A stretch of 61,305 nt of DNA, counting the filler, from Basidiobolus meristosporus CBS 931.73 (lineage: Eukaryota > Fungi > Basidiobolomycota), in the NCBI GenBank assembly GCA_002104905.1. It is 4 parts of 4 records of this genome, joined end to end, with 100 filler letters (N's around TTAATTAATTAA, not from the genome) between each part and the next. Parts side by side here need not be neighbours in the genome. Positions count along the whole stretch, not along the records: positions 11,574 to 31,349 come from MCFE01001024.1; positions 31,450 to 50,139 come from MCFE01001051.1; 2 more parts are not named here. One strand, written 5' to 3'. Shown piece by piece: positions 22,301-32,219 of the stretch (positions are counted from its first letter, which is position 1; each line of letters opens with the position of its first letter). Below the pieces are notes generated by a model. The model searched no databases. It was not told the origin of the DNA and saw nothing but the letters and a program-made list of their open reading frames with translations. The position numbers were made by a program, and so were the translations under genes.

Positions 22301-22613
22301 ATAAGGGATGATTATCAATGAGGGACTGCCTTCCCTCAAATACTTATCCAGATTACCAAGTGATTACTAATGACAAGGTTCTAGCAGATTCCAGGCATCA
22401 GTGGAATTCTTGATGACATCACTATGAGCTAAAAATACTCCAAGAAGGTCCTAAAAGGCTCTATAAGCATGCCACATCCAACCAATCAAGGATCAGTAGT
22501 CTGCAACCTGTTTAACATAGAGATACTATATATGCTATTGAAGTGGCAGGGATAGTGACACAGACTTATGTCATGTGTCATAGGTACAGACATGGGTACC
22601 TGCCTAATGTAGA
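22301..22613. mobile_element. Degenerate internal fragment of LTR family C
   Basis: Aligns with ~15420-15735 (agtgattactaat, acatccaaccaatca.g.atcagta, tcatgtgtcat.ggtac, tgcctaat.taga). Confidence 0.65.
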
Positions 22614-22658
22614 TACATATACTGATCAAATAGCTGAATAACATCTGGGATAACTAAT

Positions 22659-25600
22659 CCCTATGAAAAGTTATTGTAATGATGCTGTCAAAAGGCCGTC
22701 ACAAAGTTAAAGTCCTACAACTAAGAGGTACTGATCCTGTCAGGATACCACCCAGAGACTATTGAAAAATAACTGCACCCTATATTTCACAAAAAACTTA
22801 GTCAGAATTTCTCATCACAACAATGCATAGGTGGCTTTTCATTGGTTCCCTTCCAATTTGCTCACTTTCTAATCCCAGACACTCTATTGCCTCCTACATT
22901 TGTGTGCATTGATTGGCTGTTGCCCCTTTTTCACACTCCTTACTTCCTGACTCAACCATTTCTCTTGCTTTTCAGGTGTACATATTGATTTTTTCCATTG
23001 AAACTTCAGTTGTACCTCAATTGCCAATTGTATTGACCTAAACAAGTCCCCATACCCTACACTAATATTAAGAACAACCACATACTCAACAAGTAACTCC
23101 ATTAAAATCCACCGCTCAATAAGTATTTCTGCTGTAATGCTCTGGTTCCACAGCTTTGGTGGGAACCCAATGGCATTATGCCACTGTTCATTCACTGATT
23201 CCCACATGTCCTGGTCTTCAGTTGGCACTGCAAGGTCTAGCACCTCACCTGCCAGTCTTTGCAATAAATCCATGCAATATTCCAGCACAGTTTCTTAGGC
23301 ACTGCTCTTGAAGAAGTGCTACAACCTCTTGGTGTGGCTATTAATGTTCCAAAACTCCACTGAAGGCAATGTGAGATTCTTTTAAGCTCTTGATATTGTA
23401 GCCTTGTCTGTTAGTGGGATATCCACTCTGTCAACAATGAAGAATGTGGAGGCTGAGGAAGACAAGTTGCCTTTTTCTGCAAACTGAGCTACCTTGCTGG
23501 AATGTAGCTCAACTGGCTGCACTTTCAACTCTTGTGAAAACAGCTGTTTTCTTGTTGGTAATTCTTCTTGGCTATGATGGGATTCAGTCTGTTCCTGGCT
23601 TGCAGCATTAGTTGGCAGCCAGGAAGAGTTGGAAAATACTGAGGACAAATGTGAGCATGGAGATGCCTATGCCTATGGCATTAAGAAGCTAAGCAGCCCC
23701 AATGCAAGGGTAATTAGTTAAGTAATGCAAGCTGGGTTGGGTGCTACAAGCAACTAATTTTTATCAGGAAAACTCTACCAAGGTATGCCAGATTTCTCAT
23801 GGTCACAAGCCAACTCCTACACCTTTCAATACCAAATTCACACAAACAAAAGCCAGAGCACACCCATAAGGGGGACTAGAATCCAGCAGGGAGAAGGAAT
23901 ATATTGGCTAAATACCAAGAAGTTCTTTGCGGATATTCAGGAGGTATTCATGATAGAAGTGGCTACAACCAAGCATATGTTTGCAAGATGTATATGTTAC
24001 CATTAGTACAAGGTATTTGGCATCTTTGCAAGTATCACACTAAAAAGCCATAAAGTTGAGGTGATAGTGTTGTAAAAGTTTGTATTTCTACCTAAATATT
24101 CACCTAACTTAGTCACTTAGATCATTACCCTCAAATCCTAGAGAATACTGACCAAGTTCCTTATTAGGATTTATTTAGAATATTTTTCACCAAAATACCA
24201 GGTACCCAGAACATGAAAATTCTCAAAGTTGTCCAAACGGTGCCAAACTTTGCACACATGTTCTTGGGACCTTCCTTAACCTATAAAAATGAAGTAATGT
24301 GGACTATAGTATATACTATAAGCCAGACAGAGCAAATCCAGTTCTATTAGCTCTATATGTGGATGATCTTATTATAGTTGCCAATAACCTAGAAACATTG
24401 GAAGAGACTAAATCCAGCCTATCTAAGGAGTTCAAGATGTCCAATCTAGGAGAGCTTAGTTACTACTTAGGGATTAAGTTCTTCATAGACAGAAGTACCC
24501 AGACTATCACCCTAAGTCAATCCAAGTATATTCAGGATATACTAAAGAAGTACAAAATGGAAGACTGTAAACCGGCATCTACCCCAATGGAGACAAACCT
24601 TAACTTGGTCAAAACTCAACCAAATCAAGAGAGCTTGGTGCCATCTGAAAGCCCTAACTTTCCTTATCAATCCATGGCCGGCAGTCTGATGTATATTATG
24701 CTTGGAACATGTCCAGATATTTCATATTCAGTGGGAGTTGTCAGCCAACATAATCAGAACTATGGATCTGATCATATTGCAGTGGTTAAGCAGATTTTCA
24801 GATACCTAAAAGGAACTGCTGATATCTGCTTGAGATACATTTATAAGGATTTGGAACAGGATCTTGTGGGACACTCTGATGCTGATTGGGGACAGAATAT
24901 AGAAGACAGAAGATCCACCACAGGATACACCTTTCTTTACTGTAAAGGAGCAATTTCATGGAATTCAAGAAAGCAACCAACCGTAGCACTTTCCACCACA
25001 GAGGCAGAGTATATGGCAGCCTGTGAAGCTACAAAAGAAGCAATGTGGTTAAGAAAGCTTTTTACAGATTTAGGCCTATGTCAAAAAATGCCTATTACTT
25101 TATTTCAAGATAATCAAGGATGTTTACAATTGGGTAGAAATCTAACTTTTCATGCTAGAACCAGCACATAGATATTAGACATCATTTCATACATGAAGCT
25201 ATAGAGAATAACTTAGTTAGCTTAGCTTACTGTCCTACAGATGAAATGATTGCAGACATATTTACCAAACCATTAGCTAGAGACAAGTTTGAATATCTTA
25301 TGTCAAAATTAGGACTAGTCAGTATGAACATTTAGCTGAGTGGGAGTGTAGTAAGAATTTGTATTTCCACCTAAAGATTCACCTAACTTAGTCACTTAGA
25401 TCATCACCTTCAAATCCTAGAAAATACTGACCAAATTCCTTGTTGGGATTTACTTAGAATATTTTTCACCAAAATACCAGGTACCCAGAACATGAAAATT
25501 CTCAAAGTTGTCCAAGCAGCCCTAGACTTTGCATACATGTTCTTGGGACCTTCCTTAACCTATTCTACGTGTTTGTAATGCCAAGACCAGGTAAAAGTAT

Positions 25601-26287
25601 AAATACTACTTTTACATTCAATAAATCACTAAGTGAAAACCACATAATCTACTTGCCCTCCAAATCACTTCCAATATCTCCAAGACTCTTACAACAGATA
25701 GAAGTATGTCAATTGTGGCAGGTGTGCGCATTTGTAGAGGTCAGTATGCAGGGGGCCATAGTTTTTTTTATTTGAGCTATATGTGGAATACCCAAGGTAG
25801 TAGTGGGTAAGGAAATAAAAGGGGTGATTATACAGTGGAATATATAAGTTGCACAAGGGGCGGTAGAAAAAGGAAATACCATTTGGTAATTTGGTATGGT
25901 AGCACTATACAGAACTGGCAATAGACTGCCATACTGCTGATATAATGCCATCAGAGTCTTCCAGTGAGGCCGTCAAAATACCGTCAAGTTTCTTGCCATA
26001 TAAGACAATTGGATGTCCTGGCTGATTGGATCCACTTAAAATAGTTATAGAGCGCTAAAAGACCGCAACAATACCAAGGAAATATTGTCACAGCACCAAG
26101 GAGATATTTTTAAGTTTTATCCCTTTATTTGGTGGTAAAGTTAGCAAAACACTGTCACAATCCTGCCATAAGATTGTTAGGAGGGTCACTAATTCCTTGC
26201 TGCTGGTATTGTGATGGTCTCTAAATGGGATCCTGACGGCTGATCTGGATTAGATCCACCTGTGGCACCAAATTATTTTTCACAGGG
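22659..26287 (+). mobile_element. Internally deleted non-autonomous CACTA copy 3, inverted relative to copy 1
   Basis: Starts CCCTATGAAAAG (22659) and ends TTTTTCACAGGG (26287). 22659-23620 is the reverse complement of ~21345-22300; 23870-24067 plus 25697-26287 is the reverse complement of ~53541-54320. No transposase ORF. Confidence 0.7.
24068..25696 (+). mobile_element. Internally deleted copia-A2 (1.63 kb)
   Basis: The 5' LTR from 24068 is truncated at ~24283 and fused to RT/RH (ORF 24299..25171). PPT and 3' LTR at 25347-25696; perfect TSD GATAG; empty site visible at ~54125-54135. Confidence 0.92.
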
Positions 26288-26399
26288 CATTGGAGCAGGC
26301 CAAGTTGCATCAATATGTAACATCACAGTAAACTTAGCCAAGGGCTATACCAGCTCCTCTAGTTGTGCCTGGAATAATGGTATTTTTTTCTTCTAACTC

Positions 26400-26633
26400 C
26401 CTTTGCACCATTAATATATTCTGCTGTAGAATCACCTTTCTTTATTTGCTTACCATCTACTACCTTGAGTATTCCACATACAGCTTGAGTTAAAAGAAAT
26501 ATGGCCTCCTGCTTGCTAATATCTACACATACACACACACACCTGCTGCAATTGACACACTTCTATCACCTCAGCTTTACAGCTTCCCAGTGAGATACTT
26601 GTAAAGTTGCCTTATACCTTATGTTGCTGAAAC
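26400..26633. mobile_element. CACTA left-subterminal fragment interrupted by copia-A3
   Basis: Aligns with ~53960-54190 (atcacc, actaccttg, cacacctgct.caattg.ca, cttctatcacctca). Confidence 0.55.
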
Positions 26634-29600
26634 TGTTGTAAGAGTCTTGGAGATGTTGGAAGTGATTTGGAGAACAAGTAGATTATGTGGTTTTCATTTG
26701 GTGATTTATTGAATGTAAAAGTAGTATTTATACTTTTACTTGGTCTTGGCACTACAAACACGTAGAATAGGTTAAGGAAGGTCCCAAGAACATATGTGCA
26801 AAGTTTGGGGCTGTTTGGACAACTTTGAGAATTTTCATGTTCAGGGTACCTGGTATTTTGGTGAAAATATTCTAAGTAAATCCCAACAAGGAATTTGGTC
26901 AGTATTTTCTAGGATTTGAAGGTAATGATCTAAGTGACTAAGTTAGGTGAATATTGAGGCGGAATTACAAATATTTTACAACACTCCCACTCAGCTAAAT
27001 GTTCATACTGACTAGTCCTAATTTTGACATAAGATATTCAAACTTGTCTCTAGCTAATGGTTTGGTAAATATGTCTGCAATCATTTCATCTGTAGGACAG
27101 TAAACTAAGCTAATTAAGTTATTCTCTATAGCTTCACGTATGAAATGATGTCTAATATCTATGTGCTTGGTTCTAGCATGAAAAGTTGGATTTCTACCTA
27201 ATTGTAAACATCCTTGATTATCTTGAAATAAAGTAATAGGCGTTTTTTGACATAGGCCTAAATCTGCAAGGAGCTTTCTTAACCACATTGCTTCTTTTGT
27301 AGCTTCACAGGCTGCCATATACTCTGCCTCTGTGGTGGAAAGTGCTACGGTTGGTTGCTTTCTTGAATTCCATGAAATTGCTCCTTTGCAGTAAAGGAAG
27401 GTGTATCCTGTGGTGGATCTTCTGTCTTCCAAATTTCGTCCCCAAGCAGCATCAGAGTATCCCACAAGATCCTGTTCTGAATCCTTATAAGTGTATCTTA
27501 AGCAGATATCAGCAGTTCCTTTTAGATATCTAAAAATCCGCTTAACTGCTGCAATTTGATCAGATCCACAATTCTGATTATGTTGGCTGACAACTCCCAC
27601 TGAATATGAGATATCTGGACATGTTCCAAGCATAATATACATCAGACTGCCGACCATAGATTGATAAGGAAAGTCAGGGCTTTCAGATGGCATCATGCTC
27701 TCTTGATTTGGTTGAGTTTTGACCAAGTTAAGGTTTGTCTCCATTGGGGTAGCTGCCGGTTTACAGTCTTCCATTTTGTACCTCTTTAGTATATCTTGAA
27801 TATACTTGGATTGGCTTAGGGTAATAGTCTGGGTACTTCTGTCTATGGAGAACTTAATCCCTAAGTAGTAACTAAGTTCTCCTAGATTGGACATCTTGAA
27901 CTCCTTAGATAGGCTGGATTTAGTCTCTTCCAATGTTTCTAGGTTATTGGTGGTTATAATAAGATCATCCACATATAGAGCTAATAGAACTGGATTTGCT
28001 CTATCTGGCTTATAGTATATACTATAGTCAGCATTACTTATTTTGAAACTCAAAGATTCCAAATAAGAATCTACCTTGCAATTCCAGACTCTTGGTGATT
28101 GTTTGAGACCATATAGTGACTTTTTAAGCTTGCAGACCAAATGGGGGTTATCTTGGTCAACAAACCCATCAGGCTGGTCCATATACACCTCCTCATCAAG
28201 TTCTGCTTTCAAAAATGCAGTTTTTACATCCATTTGATGAATAAAAAACTTATATTTGGCTGCAATAGCCAATATTAGTCTGATGGAATTAAACTTGGCT
28301 ACTGGTGCAAAGGTCTCAGTATAGTCAAGTCCTTTTGTTTGAGAGTATCCTTTGGCTACAAGTCTTGCTTTGTATCTTTCAATTGTACCATCAGCCTTGT
28401 ATTTTGTCTTGAAGACCCATCTGCATCCAATTGATTTTTGGTTGATTGGTAATTTGACTAAGTCCCAAGTTTGATTTTCCATCAGGGCCTGATATTCCTC
28501 AGTCATTGCAGATCTCCAAAACTTTGTCTGAGGGCTATTTAGGGCCTCTTTTACAGTCTTGGGCTCATCAATATGGACTGAATAGGCATAGGCTAAGTTT
28601 GTACCCTCATTACTATAGTAATTTGGGCTATTTCTTGTCCGATTTGATCTCCGGGCATTTGATACTAGAATGATCACTTCTGGGATATTCCTGGGCACTG
28701 ATTCTGGCTGAACCACGGTTGTAGAGTCCTCTGGAGTGAAAAAATTTTCATTGTTTTGCTCTGATTCAATCCTGACAATTGGTGGACTTGAGATCAAATT
28801 TTTGTCATCATCTGATGTCATTTTTTGTGAAAATTTTGAATTTTCATCAAACAACACATCCCTGGACTTGATCAGCTTCTTTGCTTCGGTATTGTAGAGT
28901 CTGTATGCCTTACTCTCATTGCAGTAGCCCAAAAATATGCATTTTACACTTTTTGGCTCAAATTTTGACTGATTTCCGGCCAGTTTTTTGGCATATGCTG
29001 TACACCCAAATATTCTTAGATGTTCTGCATTTGGTCTGTATCCATACCATGCTTCAAATGGAGTAGAATCACAAAGTATTCTGTTATAACTCCTATTTTT
29101 AAGATATACAGCAGTGGCAACTGATTCCGCCCAAAAATCATAGGATAATTTTTGATCATGGATCATAGATCTTGCCATATCAATTATTGATCTGTTAGCT
29201 TGTTCTGCTACTCCATTTTGCTGTGGGGAGTATGGTACAGTAGTCTCTTGCTTTATCCCATGAATTTTGCAGAAGTGGATGAAGAGTTTTGAGGTATATT
29301 CTCCACCATTGTCAGAGCGTATTTTCTCAATTTTTTCACCAGTTTCTCTCTCCACCATGGCTTTAAACTCCCTGAACTTAGACAGAGCTTCTTCCTTTCT
29401 CTCCATGAAGTAGACCCTTGTGTATCTTGTATAATCATCAATAAAAGTGATTAAATACTTCATCCTGCCTAAGGATAAATTTTGCATAGGTCCACACAGA
29501 TCTGAGTGAATTAGATCTAATTTTTTCTTAGTTTTGATTAATCCAGAGCTCTTGAATGGTTGTATGGCTTGTTTCCTATATATACAGGCTTCACAGTGCT

Positions 29601-31349
29601 CCAAATTAGCTGGGGGATCAATTTTCACTCCAGAAATTAGCTGATCTTTGATCATTTTACGCAAATAATCAAAATTGATGTGCCTAAATCTCCTGTGCCA
29701 AAGCATTGGTGTTTCTTCATTTAAGTTACTTATATTGGCTTCCAGATATGATGGAATATAAGTCAACTTGTATGGATTCTGATCTCTGATGCCCAAAGCA
29801 ATATGAGCACCATTTTGATCAGTGATCCTGCATCCAGAATTGTCAAAACTGAAACTGAGTCCTTCTGCTGTGGCCTTGCTTACAGAGAGTAGGTTCTTGG
29901 CTATTTCTGGTACATAGAGTACTTCCTCAAAGGTCAGTGTATGGCTTCCTTCACTGCTTCTAAGGTTTACTTGGATAGTTCCTTCTCCCACTGCATCAAG
30001 TGTTCTATTGTCACCCATGAAAACCTTCTTGATTGGAATTTTGGGATATTGGGTAAAAAGTTCTTTTTGGTGTGTAAAGTGTTGAGAAGCTCCAGAGTCA
30101 ATATACCACGTCTGAGAATCCTTGTTTGTGGTCATATTTAGTGCAGATATGAATAGTCTATCTTCAGTTGTTGCAGCATTTCCATATTCAGGCTTCTTTT
30201 GCTGATAATCTCTCTTTTTGAAACATCGGTTTGATGTGTGTCCTTTCCTTTTGCAGTAGTTGCAAAATAGGTTGCTGTTGCCTTTGTAGGGTCTTGGTTC
30301 CTCCTTTGTTGGTTATCATTGCTTATTAAAGCATTTTCTTCTTCCTTCTTATTGGCACTTGATTTTCTTAATTCTTCATCCAGGAGCCTTCCATATACGT
30401 AATTTAAGGTCAAATCTTCAGTTCTGGACTCTAGAGCTGATACAAGGCCCTGAAACTTGTCTGTCAGGCTATTCAGGATGGTAACTATTACATCCTCATC
30501 AGTAGTTGGTATGCCCATAGATTCCATCTCATCTACCAGCAGGGTAATTCTGTTAATTAGATTTTTCATGTCTTCTCCTGGCAGCATCTTTCTAGTAAAG
30601 AATTTTCTTCTCAGATACATTTTCTTGGCAGCTGAACATGACTGGTAGGTGTCTTCTAATGCCTTCCAGGCATTCTTTGCCGTTTTTGCTCTTGAGCATT
30701 GAATTAGCAATTTGTCCTTGACATTAAGGCAAATGCAGTCAAAGGCACTTTGTTCTTTCTTCTGGTACTTTAAGGCTTCCTCTCCCACGTTTTTAGGAGG
30801 GCATTCTTCTCACATGACAATATCCCAAAGGCCTCTTTCTTGAAACAGCATCTTCATCTTCACCTTCCACACTTGGTAGTTAGATCCATCCAACTTTTCA
30901 GCAGAGGGAAAAATTCCAGTAATAGCAGTAGTAGACATTGCAGAGAGTGACAGCTTGGGGCTCATAACCTGTTGTAAGAGTCTTGGAGATATTGGAAGTG
31001 ATTTGGAGAACAAGTAGATTATGTGGTTTTTGTTGTAAGAGTCTTGGAGATATTGGAAGTGATTGGGAGAACAAGTAGATTATGTGGTTTTCACTTAATG
31101 ATTTATTGAATGTAAAAGTAGTATTTATACTTTTACCTGGTCTTGGCATTACAAACACATAGAATAGGTTAAGGAAGGTCCCAAGAACATGTGTGCAAAG
31201 TTTGGGGCTGTTTGGACAACTTTGAGAATTTTCATGTTCGGGGTACCTGGTATTTTGGTGAAAATATTCTAAGTAAATCCCAACAAGGAATTTGGTCAGT
31301 ATTCTCTAGGATTTGAAGGTGATGATCTAAGTGACTAAGTTAGGTGAAT
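26634..31349 (-). mobile_element. Ty1/copia element A3 (pol open, gag disabled)
   Basis: 3' LTR 26634-26983, PPT 26984-26991, PBS GGTTATGAGCCCC at 30969-30957, 5' LTR from 30970 running into the gap. gag has a TGA (~30811) and a 1-nt frameshift (~30299) relative to A4. Confidence 0.93.
26995..30135 (-). CDS. pol: Copia pol (PR-IN-RT-RNase H), 1046 aa open frame
   Basis: WYIDSGAS, WHRRFRH..C..C, DLCGP/SDNGGEY/QNGVAE, YKARLVAKG, YVDD, YSDA, HIDIRHHF, ADIFTKPL in copia order. Confidence 0.93.
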   Translation of the reverse strand: MTTNKDSQTWYIDSGASQHFTHQKELFTQYPKIPIKKVFMGDNRTLDAVGEGTIQVNLRSSEGSHTLTFEEVLYVPEIAKNLLSVSKATAEGLSFSFDNSGCRITDQNGAHIALGIRDQNPYKLTYIPSYLEANISNLNEETPMLWHRRFRHINFDYLRKMIKDQLISGVKIDPPANLEHCEACIYRKQAIQPFKSSGLIKTKKKLDLIHSDLCGPMQNLSLGRMKYLITFIDDYTRYTRVYFMERKEEALSKFREFKAMVERETGEKIEKIRSDNGGEYTSKLFIHFCKIHGIKQETTVPYSPQQNGVAEQANRSIIDMARSMIHDQKLSYDFWAESVATAVYLKNRSYNRILCDSTPFEAWYGYRPNAEHLRIFGCTAYAKKLAGNQSKFEPKSVKCIFLGYCNESKAYRLYNTEAKKLIKSRDVLFDENSKFSQKMTSDDDKNLISSPPIVRIESEQNNENFFTPEDSTTVVQPESVPRNIPEVIILVSNARRSNRTRNSPNYYSNEGTNLAYAYSVHIDEPKTVKEALNSPQTKFWRSAMTEEYQALMENQTWDLVKLPINQKSIGCRWVFKTKYKADGTIERYKARLVAKGYSQTKGLDYTETFAPVAKFNSIRLILAIAAKYKFFIHQMDVKTAFLKAELDEEVYMDQPDGFVDQDNPHLVCKLKKSLYGLKQSPRVWNCKVDSYLESLSFKISNADYSIYYKPDRANPVLLALYVDDLIITTNNLETLEETKSSLSKEFKMSNLGELSYYLGIKFSIDRSTQTITLSQSKYIQDILKRYKMEDCKPAATPMETNLNLVKTQPNQESMMPSESPDFPYQSMVGSLMYIMLGTCPDISYSVGVVSQHNQNCGSDQIAAVKRIFRYLKGTADICLRYTYKDSEQDLVGYSDAAWGRNLEDRRSTTGYTFLYCKGAISWNSRKQPTVALSTTEAEYMAACEATKEAMWLRKLLADLGLCQKTPITLFQDNQGCLQLGRNPTFHARTKHIDIRHHFIREAIENNLISLVYCPTDEMIADIFTKPLARDKFEYLMSKLGLVSMNI

Positions 31350-32219
31350 NNNNNNNNNNNNNNNNNNNNNNNNNNNNNNNNNNNNNNNNNNNNTTAATTA
31401 ATTAANNNNNNNNNNNNNNNNNNNNNNNNNNNNNNNNNNNNNNNNNNNNTTACTTGCCAAAGGCTCCAGTGGTGGAGGCAACCTCATAATGGGTGTAGAT
31501 TGGACTGACATGTGCTGGCATGCTGGCATTGAGGGGGATGGTACAAGAATCCAGTAAGGTGTGCTAGCAAGATATGGATGCAGTTGCTTGCGGTTTGTAC
31601 TTTCCTCTTGAAGCTCACCTTCTATTCCTCAAGGTATTCACTACACTTAGTCTGATACTGGTGAACTGTTGCCTTGATGAGTCCTGTGTACATTGCTCTT
31701 GAAAGCCACTCAGCGCTACTAGTATATCATAAGTACTTTAGTCATTTGAGGCAAAAACTCTTCAAATACATCAAAGTTAAATCACCAACAGATGCATCTG
31801 GCCCATACCATGCAAATTGCGCATGGAATTATTTGCAAGCAGCATACATATCAATACCCCTCACTCTAAGCTCATTCTTGATTTCAATACCTGTCTTGTT
31901 ATATATTTTCATATATATATCTGCAGGCATCTTGATGCTGCACTTATGCCACTGCTGTTGACTCATATTCTTCCATCTCTGTTAACTCTCTGAGGAACCC
32001 AGTGCTGCTAGATTAATGAGTATTGCCCAAATAGCTGTCTTAAGGCACATCATTGACACTTGGGCCATACTAAAATCATTTGGCAACAACTCAAATGGAT
32101 TGAATATTAACTTTCTGGTGTGGACAGCACTTGTAAGCTAGGGGATGGGTTTTATATGGTTTGTACTGAAGATGAGTTAAGACCTGGTATGGGGACCATA
32201 GTGATGATATGGACACATA

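Noticed and set aside
30135-30310. Programmed gag/pol frameshift in copia-A3
   Set aside because: Copy A4 has gag and protease in one frame; A3 has a private 1-nt deletion and a nonsense codon.
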